From Schizochytrium sp. TIO01 (Eukaryota > Protista > Bigyra: Labyrinthulomycetes), in contig SMSO01000032.1 in NCBI GenBank assembly GCA_004764695.1, positions 4,744,483-4,808,482 on the forward strand: a DNA stretch of 64,000 nucleotides, read 5' to 3'. The position numbers and the translations under genes are program-made. The notes beneath the pieces were generated by a model. It was not told the DNA's origin. It made no database searches and saw only the letters and a list, made by a program, of their open reading frames with translations. This document shows, one piece after another, positions 23,942 to 37,401 of the stretch (position 1 is the first letter of the stretch; every line of letters begins with the position of its first letter).

Positions 23942-26695
23942 CATTTCTCTGTTGTCTGCGCTTTAGTTTTCCATCCAACAGAAAGCGATTCGGAGCTTAG
24001 GTGAAAACCTCGCCGAATCCTGCTTCCTATCCCTGTTTCCTTGCAAGCTTCCTGCGAAAGGCTAACACATACTCCTAGTTCTTCTGCTGCTTGTGGAGGC
24101 TTTCAACATGAGCTGTCGTACTTCTAAAGTCGTTGTCGCCGTCATCAAAACCTTAGAGCCTTTGCGCTTTCCGCGTGAGGGGCGCTGTCTATCTATGTCT
24201 CCAGAGGAGACCTCTTCGATCCAATGCATCTATTTATTACACAGATATACACTAAAAATAAATGCAAAACTTTTATTGAAGAGGTATATTCATTAAAAAT
24301 GTGTAGAGTAGGTTTTATCAGTTTTTACTCTTAAACTCTAAAATAAAGTTTAGTAAAAGAAGATCACAGAACAAGGGATCCATCGATGCTGCGATGATGA
24401 GGCGAAGACCATCATTCATCCCCGTCTTTACCATCGCGAGCGAGCTCGGACGCCGCCCTCTGCGCAGGCCGCGCCGTTGGTGTTTAGCAGTTCAACGTCC
24501 TCTGCGCAGCACCAGCGAGGTCTGAGACGCGAGCCAACTGCGATTCCGGCAATTCCTCCCACGCGAGAGGGCACAATTCTGAAGGGGCAAAAGTACTGTT
24601 GTGAAGATGTTTGTTTGTTTGTTTGTTTGTTTGTTTTGCTTTGTTTCTGCTGCAAAGCCACTTGGATCGCGCAGAATGTGCACAGAATAATGAGGATGTC
24701 TGATGATGATGCACCATCGCAGCATAGCGGCGCTGCTCAAACCGCTCGCCGCCTCTCGTGGGAAGCACGGAGATGGCCGCGAGATCAGAGGTTATCCATC
24801 GCGATTGTACTTCAATGTGTCAATCGCAGTCGTTCGTTTTTAGCTTCACATGCAAAGTTTCGATGTTGTTGAACTTTCAATCAATAATTAATAAACTTTG
24901 AGTGAGTGAATGAATGAATGAATGAATGAATAAAAACTTTTAGAGAGAAAGAATTGACAACATAGCGAAGTCATGCACGCACACTAGGGATCGCATAATG
25001 ACTTCTAGTACCTATGACTTGAGTGGACCTTTGGAGAGAAGAGAAAGAAAAGAAAGCGTATCTTCAGGAAAACAAAAATCGTGCCCCAAATCTGCGCCTC
25101 GAGGAGTACAAATCGCCTCGCAGCACACTACCACGTCCTCAGCAGCAGCTCTCTCCGCCGCCGCATGCAAGCGACAGAAGAGCCGCCGACCTGCGGCTGC
25201 TTCGAGCGACGGAGAAACCAAAATCCCAGATTGATTCATGCGCGGTACCTCGAGAGGACTAGCTAAGTTGGAGCTGTTTTAGCGGCTAACAGTGTCCGAC
25301 CCTCTCGAAAATGCGTTGCGCACTCGGTCGGAATCTGGACCGCGTATGTACTTGTTATGGAGGGATCAGAATATTGGAGTAGCTATAGCTATAACGCTGC
25401 TGCTGTCTGCTTTTTGTGGATTCAATGAGGTATGAGTCTCGCAATAGCAACCAACGACAGAGCCTTTGCCATAGTATGGATGTAACTCATATCAACATCT
25501 GTAGATTGGCGAACGAAGGATGGGCTGTAGGATTCTTTAGCTGAGATGAAAACGTTTCACTGAGGAGGAGCCACAACACAGTTTCTTCTACTTTAAAAAA
25601 ACAAATGTTTTTAGAATTAAATGTATAAATTTCTTTTCTCGTTTTAGTGTGAAGGTTATTTGGAGAGAGTAAAACTTTCGAGCTGTTGCTGGTGCGTGGG
25701 TACCTGCAAACCTGCGAAAACGGCCGTCAATGTGCATCAGTGAATCGTTAGATGTGCATACCTACAGCGTTCGATTTGAATTATATATTGACTTGTTCTT
25801 TTCGAAGAAAGACATGAGCCGCAGATTCTGAAAAAAAATAAAATAATAAAAAATCAAAAGTTTAAAAGATCATTAAAAATATATATATATAACAAATACT
25901 ATTTTTAGAAAAACTATAGAAACAAATCTGAACGAAAGAAATAGAAAGAAATGGGAGGATCCTCAGAAGGCAAAGTCACTCAAAGAAGCAGATAAAGCAG
26001 ATATAGAAACAGCAAACCAAACAAACAGATCAACTAAGTCAGAGTATGAGGGGTGTTCGCCTCTGGAAGTTTTCCCCTTCACGGCCTGACAGAAAAGAAA
26101 CCCTCAAAGAATGGAAGGAGCCTCTTCAAGCTCTGCAGGAGGAACCAGAAGAAAGTATGTATGGGGAAGCTTTTCCTTTTTCATACTTTGGACTCATTCT
26201 AAAATAAAATGTTTCGCACTTTCACTTTACGACGCAGTATTTGTTTCCCAACCCCTAGCAGTTCAATATCCTTCCATTAGCCCTTAGGTGAGAAGCCACA
26301 TTTAAATATACATATATAAATAGCTTTGTCAGCCTGAGGGTTTTGTTTAAAATGAAAGGCAACTAAAGAAAAATGAGGAAGGGTAAAACAAAATAAGAAG
26401 CCCTAGTACCTACATAGCTGCGGCTGGTTGCTGGGAGAAAGAAATGAAAGTTTCCTTTATTCTTTTCTTTTTAAATTATTCGTGCAAGAACTGTGACCGC
26501 ATCAAAATATTTTCAAGTATCTTTTCTCTGAAGAGAGGTAGATAATAGTAGAAAAGGATGCAGAAGAGCAGATCGAGGCAGAATTTGTGCTGTTGCGATC
26601 CTTGGAGAAGCAAACCCAAAACTCGAGAGCTTTGAAAGCCTCTCCAAAACTAAGTCACACATAGAAGGACAAGACTCACATCTGCCCTTGCAAAG

Positions 26696-28282
26696 ATGAT
26701 GATGTCCACCATGACCTCGACTCGCCTCACGGCTGCCGCCCGCGCCTCCGTGCAGGTCCGCGACCTTGCCGTTCGCGCCATGTCTTCTGTGCCTACGGTG
26801 CCCAACTTTATCGGAGGCCAGTTCTCCGAGTCCAAGACGTCCAAGTGGATTGACGTGACCAACCCTGCGACTGGCGAGGTCATCGCTCGTTGCCCCGAGA
26901 CCACACCCGAGGAGATGGCAGCTGCTACTGCCAACGCTGCCGAGGTCTTCAAGACGTGGCGCAATGTCTCTGTCTCCAACCGCGTCCGTGTGATGCTCGA
27001 GTACCAGCGTCTCATTCGCGAGAACATGGATGACCTCGCAGAGACCATCACCATGGAGCAGGGTAAGACCCTTCCCGACGCTCGCGGTGATGTCTTCCGT
27101 GGCCTTGAGGTCGTAGAACACTCCTGCTCTATGGGCACCCTGATGATGGGTGAGACCATCGGCAACGTGGCCCGCGACTTGGACCAGTACTCCTACCGTG
27201 AGCCCCTCGGTGTAGTTGCTGGTATCGCCCCCATGAACTTTGCAGCCATGATTAACCTCTGGATCATCCCCATGGCACTCACCACCGGTAACACCGTCGT
27301 GCTCAAGGCCAGCGAGAAGACCCCTCTCACCGCCATCAAGCTTGCCAAGCTCGCACAGCAGGCTGGCGTGCCTGACGGTGCCCTCAACCTTATCCACGGA
27401 GCCCACGACTGTGTCAACTTTATCTGCGATGACGAACACATCAAGGCCGTCAGCTTTGTTGGCAGCAACCGCGCTGGTGAGTACATCTACGACAGAGCCA
27501 CCAAGAACGGCAAGCGTGCCCAGTGCAACCTCGGCGCCAAGAACCACGGAACCATCCTCCCGGACGCTGACAAGGACATGGCTCTCGATGCCCTCGCTGG
27601 AGCTGGACTCGGAGCTGCTGGACAGCGTTGCATGGCCCTCAGTGTCAACATCTTCGTGGGAGAGTCTCAGGAGTGGATCCCGGAGCTTGTGGAGCGCGCC
27701 AAGAAGTACAAGGTTGGACCTGGCCACCTCGCCGGTACTGACATTGGACCTGTGATTGACGAGGCTGCCAAGAACCGCATTGAGGACCTCATCACCTCTG
27801 CCGAGAAGGAGGGTGCAACTATTCTTCTTGATGGACGCAACTACAAGGTCGAGGGATACGAGAACGGTAGCTTCGTGGGACCCACCATCATTTCCGATGT
27901 TACCCCCGACATGACCTGCTACAAGGAGGAGATCTTTGGCCCGGTCATCTGCGTCATGAAGGCCGACACCCTTGACGAGGCTATTGAGATCACCAACAAG
28001 AACCCCTACGGTAACGGATGCGCTGTCTTCACTAAGAGCGGAGCAGCTGCACGCAAGTACCAGCATGAGATTGATGTTGGCCAGGTCGGTATCAACGCCC
28101 CCATCCCTGTGCCCCTCCCTATGTTCTCCTTTACTGGCTCCCGCGCATCCATCCGCGGTGACCTCAACTTTTATGGCAAGGCTGGCATGCAGTTCATGAC
28201 CAAGCTCAAGACCGTCACTGCCAGCTGGCCCCAGTCCACTATGCGCTGGGGATCCGTCATGCCCACCATGGACAAGAAGTAA
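26696..28282 (+). CDS. ALDH6A1: Methylmalonate-semialdehyde dehydrogenase (acylating), mitochondrial
   Basis: [53 protein letters not shown] and [21 protein letters not shown]. The N-terminus is Arg/Ser/Ala-rich like a presequence, and GC3 bias is strong. Confidence 0.96.
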   Translation: MMMSTMTSTRLTAAARASVQVRDLAVRAMSSVPTVPNFIGGQFSESKTSKWIDVTNPATGEVIARCPETTPEEMAAATANAAEVFKTWRNVSVSNRVRVMLEYQRLIRENMDDLAETITMEQGKTLPDARGDVFRGLEVVEHSCSMGTLMMGETIGNVARDLDQYSYREPLGVVAGIAPMNFAAMINLWIIPMALTTGNTVVLKASEKTPLTAIKLAKLAQQAGVPDGALNLIHGAHDCVNFICDDEHIKAVSFVGSNRAGEYIYDRATKNGKRAQCNLGAKNHGTILPDADKDMALDALAGAGLGAAGQRCMALSVNIFVGESQEWIPELVERAKKYKVGPGHLAGTDIGPVIDEAAKNRIEDLITSAEKEGATILLDGRNYKVEGYENGSFVGPTIISDVTPDMTCYKEEIFGPVICVMKADTLDEAIEITNKNPYGNGCAVFTKSGAAARKYQHEIDVGQVGINAPIPVPLPMFSFTGSRASIRGDLNFYGKAGMQFMTKLKTVTASWPQSTMRWGSVMPTMDKK

Positions 28283-29032
28283 ATAAACCCGCGCAACTTT
28301 CGCCTAGTACTTATCTAAACTCACAAATTTACATTTCAATGATTCTGCGTAACTTGTATATGCCTTGTAACGCTCAAAGAACAGTTTTCTCGTTATCCTT
28401 TTTTCGTCAGAGGTATCCACGATACACTACATTTCATAATCAGATGATAATCCCCAAGAAATGCCCTGAAGCATCCATGGACGACATTTATATCATGCTC
28501 CCTTGGTGCATTCTTCCCTCGTTTCACTTCCATGTCTCGGAATCCCACGAAATAAATTTCAGCTCTTCAAAGCATGAAAATGCCATCTTCAAAACCCACA
28601 AACAAAAAAAACACCATATGGACGCACATCACTATAGTCCTGTGTCACACCTAATAACATGCACGCCTCTGAGCTCTACAATCCGATGTCCTAACTACTA
28701 CGCTTCTTCATAAGCTGAGCCAGTGTAAGCCCCAACCCATTATATAAATATACATATATATTCGGATGACATGGCAAAGGGGCCTAATCCGTGCGTCGCG
28801 TCGCGGCCGCGTCATTTGGACCCCTTTCTGGATCTTGTGTTCGAACTTCTTTCGACTCGTAATATTCTTTTATGATAAACAATTTAAAAAACATTTTCTT
28901 TCATTCTCTTTCTTTAATTCTTTGTTACTGTATTTTTAATCAGGCAGAGTCCAACTCACGTCCTTCGCTCCGACTGGCCAGCGCAGGCCGAGCTACGAGC
29001 GAACACAGGGGCCTAACGCGTCCCTGAGAACG

Positions 29033-29411
29033 GTGAGTGTATACTGTATAGGATCTCTGCAAGCATCTGCTCTTGCCTTAACACCTGCCAAGATAGATCC
29101 GTCTCGTTTGGCTTCAGTTCATGCCTGGAGCTGAGTCACAATATCTATTCTCCTCGAGCTTTTGCTGCTGCTTGCACTGCTGCTTTGGCTGGACCTAGAG
29201 GACAGGTTGGATAGGTTCTGGCTGAGGAAGAGGAGGTTATATATTTGAACGTGCTGGAGCAGGTCCTGTAGAATACAGTTGTTTTACTCGTTGAAGTCCT
29301 TGGTTGCTTGGTTGACTAACTCGTTGAATATCTTGCATACGATCAATCCCACCTTATTTTAATTTATTACTACGTGGATACAACTCGTGCAAAATTGCGT
29401 GGCTAACACAG
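29033..29411 (+). other. Predicted 5' UTR intron of VPS35
   Basis: Donor G|GTGAGT at 29033, and branch/acceptor GCTAACACAG ending at 29411, upstream of the first ATG (29483). Confidence 0.5.
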
Positions 29412-29482
29412 CTTTGCAAAACGAGGGCAACCTAGGCAGCTCTCTAGAAAAGCTTGAGGCGTGTATTCCTTGTGGAGAGCTT

Positions 29483-32269
29483 ATGGCAGCATTGGCAGGC
29501 CGAGGAAGAGGCGCTGCGAGATCGAGAAGAGCATCCGGACCGCAGGCATACCCTAGCATGGACCAACATGATGATATGGCGCGTCGCCTTCGCGATGCGT
29601 TGCGCGATGTTGAGGAGAATGCCTTCCATATGAATCGTGCCATTGATGCGAACAACCTTGATGATGCAATCAAGTACGCCCAGAATATGCTCCGCGAACT
29701 CCGATCTGGTGCGCTGTCACCGCGCCCTTACTATGAATTATGGATGAAGATCTTTGACTACCTGCGTCAGCTGCACTCATACTTCTTGGACATTAATAAC
29801 AAGGGAATGCCAATGGAGGAATTGTACAGAAAAGTACAGTCTTCGAGCTTTATCATTCCGCGCTTGTACCTCATGATTACTACGGGCTCAGCTTTCCTCA
29901 TGTCCCAAGAGGCATCTTCGCAGGAGATTCTTACGGACTTGATCGAAATGTCAAAGGGCGTCCAGCACCCAATGAGGGGTCTCTTTCTACGCAACTATCT
30001 TTTGAAGATGACACAGGATAAGCTGACATCGGAGTTCGATGTCAGCACCGAGTTTGCCATCTCCTATGTTCTCCAAAACTTTGGAGAAATGAACCGACTT
30101 TGGGTTCGTATGCAGCACCAAGGCAACCCCAAAACCCGTGCCCGCCGAGAAAAGGAGCGCCAGGACCTAAAGGTTCTCATTTCGTTCAATCTTGTTCGTC
30201 TTTCGGAGTTCGAGGGAATGACCTCCCAGGTTTACCAAACCTCTGTACTTGGCCAAATTCTTGATTTAGTGACAAACTGCAAAGATACGATTGCTCAACA
30301 GTATTTGATTGATGTTCTGGTTCAGGTTTTCCCTGCTCAGTACCATCTTGATACTCTGGAAAGACTTTTTGCTGCTTTTGAGCACCTTGAGCCCGCAGTG
30401 GACCTGAAATCCGTCTTGGAAAGCCTCATGGACCGCATCAAATACTACGGCGAAGAGGAAGACGAGGAAGATCAGGAGACTGAAACCGCAGAGAAGTCAA
30501 TCCAACCGCCCGCTCCTCCTAGTGATAAGACAGAGGACGCTCCTTCTGCAAAGGAAGATGCTGATGATGAAGATGCTGTAGATGAGGAACAGGGTGAGGA
30601 TGCCATTGATGATGAGGCTCAAGATGAGGACGAGGATAGTAAGCAAGGTGAACCGAAGGAATCGGAGCCAGCACCGATTGAATCAAACGGTGCAGAGGAA
30701 AAACCGAAGGAGCATGGAGTTCCTGCACGTGCGTACCAACTTATCAATGAAGTGGTGGCAAAAACAATTGCTAGTCGTCAAGACTTGAACCCCGAATCCG
30801 TTTTAGAACTGCATGTGTCTATGCTGGACTTTGTAGTTGCTTGCTACCCAGGTAATCTTGAATACCTTAGCAGTGTACTAGGATATTGTGCCGACTATTT
30901 GGAGAAGCATGAAGAGGCTGTACGTGCTCAAAATCTCGACCCTCTTGTCATGCAACTCCTCCGGGTCCCTCTCAAACAACAAGAACTTGGGTCGCTCGAC
31001 CTTCTCCGCCTTGAGCACTACCCTAACCTTATGGCTCGCCTAGCTAAGGTTGATAGTAAAATGAAGGTGGCGCACTGGTTTCTGCAGCATGTACTCTCTG
31101 ACGCAGACCTCCGTCTTAGCAAGCCCGAGGAGGTCACTGCCTTGCTTAGTTTTATTTCTCCCCTTGTTGCCAATGACCCGGCCAGTGGTGGGGATGCAGG
31201 AATCACTGCCGGGTTCGAGTCTCAGCAACAGACTGTAGCAAAGTTTCTTCACCGCGTTGATTCTGAGGACCCAGCGATGCTTTTTGAGATTCTTAACATC
31301 GTGCGGAAGCAGCTTTCCAAGGGAGGCTTAAACCGTATCCGCTACACACTTGTGCCTCTGTCCATGAGATACATTGACCTCGTAGATAAAATCCTTGCAG
31401 TTCGCTCTTCAATTGATGGTGATGCTGAAGAGTCACAAAAGGATGAAGGTAACAATGATAACCAGGATGGCGACGAGGATGATGATGATCTTCTCGGCCT
31501 TGGGTCGAGCAAAAAGAACAACGATGCTGTTAGTTTGCGCAAAATCTTTCAAATTCTTCACGAGCTTGCATCCTCTCTTGGTGCAAATGTAGACCTTCAA
31601 CCGATGGCCATGCGCGCTTTTCTGCAAGCTGCTTTGTCCGCGGATCGTGCTCGTGAACAAGAAATTGCGTACGAACTCATGGTACAAGCGTTTACACTGT
31701 ATGAGGATGTCGCCGACTCCAAGGAGCAAGTGCGCACATTGCCAGTGCTTATCGGCACGGTCATGGAAACTCGTGGCTTTGACAAGGACAACTATGATAC
31801 ACTGAGCACTAAGCTGACACAATATGCAGCAAGGTTGTTGAAGAAACCAGACCAGTGTCACATGGTCCTTTCATGTGCTCATTTGTATTGGCATCCCGAC
31901 TCCAAGCGGGACGGTTCTGAAACCGATGAAGACGGTGCCATCGGCCAAGATTCCAAACGTGCAAATGAATGTCTCCAGCGTGCGTTACGCATTGCCGACT
32001 CTTGCATGACCCCATCTACTCATGTGGCTCTTTTTGTGCATATCCTGAACCAGTTTCTCTATTTCTTTGAAGCTGGTATGGACAAGGTGACCGCTGAGAA
32101 GGTAAACAACCTCGTAACCCTTGTGAAACAGAACTTTGACGAGATTGATGCCGAGTCGGAGGAGCGATCTACTGCTGAGCTTCATTTTCGCAATACAATC
32201 GCACACCTGAAGAGTCTTCAGGAGAAGCAACCAGAGAAATACAGTGCTGTGGACCTTGGTAGTTTGTGA
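29483..32269 (+). CDS. VPS35: Vacuolar protein sorting 35 (retromer)
   Basis: LSPRPYYELW, IIPRLYLMIT (PRLYL motif), GVQHPMRGLFLRNYL, NFGEMNRLWVRMQHQG, LLKKPDQC and ECLQRALRIAD. The start is ATG 29483 or 29558. Confidence 0.95.
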   Translation: MAALAGRGRGAARSRRASGPQAYPSMDQHDDMARRLRDALRDVEENAFHMNRAIDANNLDDAIKYAQNMLRELRSGALSPRPYYELWMKIFDYLRQLHSYFLDINNKGMPMEELYRKVQSSSFIIPRLYLMITTGSAFLMSQEASSQEILTDLIEMSKGVQHPMRGLFLRNYLLKMTQDKLTSEFDVSTEFAISYVLQNFGEMNRLWVRMQHQGNPKTRARREKERQDLKVLISFNLVRLSEFEGMTSQVYQTSVLGQILDLVTNCKDTIAQQYLIDVLVQVFPAQYHLDTLERLFAAFEHLEPAVDLKSVLESLMDRIKYYGEEEDEEDQETETAEKSIQPPAPPSDKTEDAPSAKEDADDEDAVDEEQGEDAIDDEAQDEDEDSKQGEPKESEPAPIESNGAEEKPKEHGVPARAYQLINEVVAKTIASRQDLNPESVLELHVSMLDFVVACYPGNLEYLSSVLGYCADYLEKHEEAVRAQNLDPLVMQLLRVPLKQQELGSLDLLRLEHYPNLMARLAKVDSKMKVAHWFLQHVLSDADLRLSKPEEVTALLSFISPLVANDPASGGDAGITAGFESQQQTVAKFLHRVDSEDPAMLFEILNIVRKQLSKGGLNRIRYTLVPLSMRYIDLVDKILAVRSSIDGDAEESQKDEGNNDNQDGDEDDDDLLGLGSSKKNNDAVSLRKIFQILHELASSLGANVDLQPMAMRAFLQAALSADRAREQEIAYELMVQAFTLYEDVADSKEQVRTLPVLIGTVMETRGFDKDNYDTLSTKLTQYAARLLKKPDQCHMVLSCAHLYWHPDSKRDGSETDEDGAIGQDSKRANECLQRALRIADSCMTPSTHVALFVHILNQFLYFFEAGMDKVTAEKVNNLVTLVKQNFDEIDAESEERSTAELHFRNTIAHLKSLQEKQPEKYSAVDLGSL

Positions 32270-32867
32270 ACTTACAGTTTTTAACATACAACATACTCTT
32301 CTCTCTTTTTTTAAAGTAAAGCAAAAGCAATTTTCTTGTTTGATTTCCATTTCTCATTGGCCATATCAAAAGACTCTGACAAGAGAGTCTAGATTGCACT
32401 CATTTTACTAAGTTATAAGTGTGTATGGTGAGGGAGTTGCTTAGACTCCTCGCCATTTGCTGATGGACTTTCGAGGGTCTCTAGACTCTCCACCGTATAT
32501 TAATTAATGATAGAGCGCAGTTTCCGATACCTAGATTGAAAAATCTCCTGGTAATTTAAAAAAACAACACAAAAACGCACCGACCAAATTTTCTTTTGAT
32601 CTTCCGAAATTAAGGGCCGAGTTATATCTTGAAAAACATAAACTTGGAGGGGGGAATAGGTGAAATTGGATACACTTGAAGTTTAGATTAAAAAAAGATA
32701 CCGTGCATATTTGGAATAATCAGGCAGTCGAGACATTGTTTACAAATTGGTAGAGATTGGATATCGAGGACCTCACTGGTTTTAAAATCGTTTGAAAAAG
32801 AGCATGAAAATAGCACCCGGCGTGATACTCTGTACTCTGCAAGAATGAGATTGTCTTCTCATATTCA

Positions 32868-34476
<1,609 letters not shown>

Positions 34477-35243
34477 CTATAGCCTCGATATAAATGAAGT
34501 ATAGAATCATAGTTCTATTAAACAAAGAAGGTGCAAGTCGATTATAGTTGCAGAATGAAGAGTACCCGAACTAGTATAGTACTTACCTAATTATCCTTTT
34601 TCCTAGCAAAGGCTGACACGCCGCGGCGAGGGCGGAGAGGCGTGAAATTGAGTTGTGCAAATATCCGTTCGTAAGAATTACGAAAGGGAGGGTTCTTGTC
34701 GTGAGAATCGTGGTTCACGTGCATGCAAGTTCTTTCATTTCGTTGCGACGGATGAGTGCTCAGAGTGTGTGCGTGTGTGGGAACCATAGTAAGGGAGGCA
34801 TTGAGAATGCAGAGACATAGGCATTAATGAGTGCAATGATAAACCAAGCTGAAAGAAAAAGTGCTAGAATATTGTCAGCGATTGTTATGGGAAGGGGCAT
34901 ATAGAGAGTTGGTGCTCCTGAAACGTGCAGTCAGTATTATTGGAAAGGTCACATCCATCCTCATCTAGTGTTGCATCACGCGCTTCTATTTCTGCGAGCT
35001 TGGCTGGTGTTAGAGCCTGGTGCAGGGGAGAGATTGACCAGAAGTTCCATAGCTCGATCGAAGAGGAGCTTTGGATCTGACCATCTATCTCACTATAGTC
35101 TCGACTTTGATAGCAACATTATCCTACTGAAACGTGAATCGGGGCAGAATTTTACGTCGGGCAGCTCAGAAGTAGGGCCAAGCTAACTTGGCCATACTTC
35201 TCTAACGAAGGATAACTTGCAAGAAGTAATCATAACTAAGTCG

Positions 35244-37401
35244 ATGCTTAGAGCGCCTCAACAGGCAATGACCAGCCAATTACAGCAAGACTACCCGTCG
35301 AGGGGAATGCTAGCAACTGGGAAAGCCTCTCCAAATGGGCACAAAATTATTGGCAAAATGGGGCGAGGAGTCTTACCTGGACCACCGGCACAACAACGAT
35401 CTGGCCCAGTGCCTGGACAACTTCAGCGGTCAGGAAGCATCAACTTGAAACAGTTTGAGGCTCTTCTGGACCAGTATAAGGTAGATCCTGGTGAAGTATC
35501 TGTGAAGGAAGCTTACCAATTCTTTAAGCGCATTGAAAGCCAACGAGATAGGAAATCTTTAGATAGTAGTCCAGCAGTTGTCCTTTCGCTCATGCGAGAC
35601 CAGCTTACACTTTTGCGACACAAACGAGGCGATTCCTTTCGTTCGTCAAATAATGAAGGCTCAACCCGGTCCATAATTCCGCCGCCACCCTCTAGATCTC
35701 CTTCGACATCCTCGCTTGCACCTGCTCTAGCTCGCACTGATTCCGACATTTCAATGTTGCAACGTTCTCCTTCCTCTTCATCGATGTTTCGCGGCTCTCA
35801 AGGTGAACCACCCCGTGCCAGCCGCCAAGTCTCAAATTCTCAGCTTGTCATTGAAGAGATGCGTTCTGGGCTTGATCAGGCAAGAAATTTGGTGAACGGT
35901 CTCATGCCTGCAAACCCAACCTCATCGCCATCTCGTATGCCTGGTCGAAAGCAATTGCCGCCGCCTCCTCAGCGCCCGCCCACAGACCTACCTCCAAGTA
36001 ACGAAGGGAAGGAAAGCGAGCGTGGCGGTGCTACCTTTGTGCGCCGTCATTCGGAGACAGCTGCGAGGATGAATCAGGAAAAGGCTCCAGGATTTCTCGT
36101 AGAACGCCACTCCATGAGTAATTCTCCTATTAAAAAGAAACCTCCGCCGCCAAGCAACCCTCCACCCATATTGCGTCGGAATAGTAGTAATATCGAAGCT
36201 CCGGGGAGCCCAATGGCAAGATTGAATGCCTTGTCTCCCTTGGCAAAACAGAATTCGTTTCAGAAACCTCCCCCTCCATCTCTCATGAGTTTTGGTCAAA
36301 CTCGGCCAAAGACAAATGAAGATAACCTGAACGAGGACTCTGATGACGATGATTACAGGAAAGGCTTACTTGATATTGAGCAACAGAATAAGCAAAACAC
36401 AACAGATAGTCTCACAAAGAATCATTCACCACACAGCAAGAAAAACACAGGAGACGTATCTAGCGGCACTTTGGGATCTCAGAATCCTACAACGGTATCA
36501 GCTTCTGCAGAGCGCGAGATGTTTAAGCTTCGTGAAAAACTAACCGCTCTGGAAAACCAAGTTGTGCGAGAGCAAAACGAGAAAGAAAGGCTGCGCAATC
36601 ATTTGCTGCAAGCCCAAAGAGAACTGCATATGTCTGATACAAACCTCAAGGAGGTTGAAGAGAGCCTGAAGGGTATCCGGGATCGAGTTGCATCCAATGA
36701 AAAGGTGATTGCTGAGCAGAAAGATAAAATCAAAGGCTTACAGCTTGAACAGAAGACATCATTGCGAAAGTCTCATCAGCGTTTTCGATGCTGCCATTGA
36801 CTTTATGAAAGGTCTTCTAGTTGATACAAAATTTGAAAGTCTAGTGCAGACACTCAAATCAAGGTTGCGTATGATTGTTGGTGCAGAGAGAGCCGAAATC
36901 TATATTGTTGATCGGCAAGCTGAAGAACTGATTGCTTACAGGGAGCGGAGCGGATCTAGGCGACCTTTACCGAATGGATCAAGCCTTTGGAAGGGTCGTT
37001 TTCCTATGGATGCAGGCATTGTCGGTAGCGTTATTCACGAAAAGACTATGCAGGTAGTTCAGGATGTTGAAAAAGATGTTCGTTTTGATGCGCTAGTTGA
37101 TGGTATAGGCTCAAACGGGGTTCGTTCTCTTGTGGTATATCCTATTCTCATGCGTCAGGAGGTAGTTGCAACTGTCGTCGTAGTGAATAAACTATCTTCG
37201 AATGGACGAATCACTGGGGATGCGTTCAGCACGCAAGATATCAATACTGTCCAAGATTTTGCAACACTAACAACACTGGTGTTTTTGCAGCAACAAATTC
37301 ATAAAACCCGCATGGCATCTACTTCAAGTATTCGCAAGCTCGACGTTGAGGGTTCAGATGCCGAAGAAGAATCAGACAGTGAGGAGTATAAGAATAACTA
37401 A
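35244..37401 (+). CDS. Proline-rich / coiled-coil protein with a C-terminal GAF domain, split by an apparent +1 frameshift near 36765-36800
   Basis: Overlapping ORFs 35217-36800 and 36709-37401. The second has GAF motifs GAERAEIYIVD, GIVGSV, DVRFD..VD, VVNK and FSTQD. Confidence 0.75.

Larger units (their letters stand above)
17844..24668. promoter_or_regulatory. Cluster of CACTTGGATC motifs (candidate cis-regulatory sites)
   Basis: Exact copies at 17844(+), 18188(+), 18818(+), 18881(+), 20180(-), 23204-23219 (both strands) and 24659(+). The repetition is seen directly; the regulatory role is inferred. Confidence 0.55.

Noticed and set aside
23561-24004. ORFs with NKQT / FVCL repeats (likewise HSFI and KKER ORFs at 44-48 kb)
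   Set aside because: Translations of tetranucleotide microsatellites that lack stop codons.
17844-24668. CACTTGGATC copies interpreted as a CRISPR array or transposon terminal repeats
   Set aside because: The repeat is too short, with irregular spacing (63 bp to 3 kb) and mixed orientation. No cas or transposase gene, and no paired termini with target-site duplications were seen.
26513-28066. 517-aa antisense ORF over MMSDH
   Set aside because: Shadow ORF expected from the strong codon bias of a highly expressed sense gene. No independent motifs.
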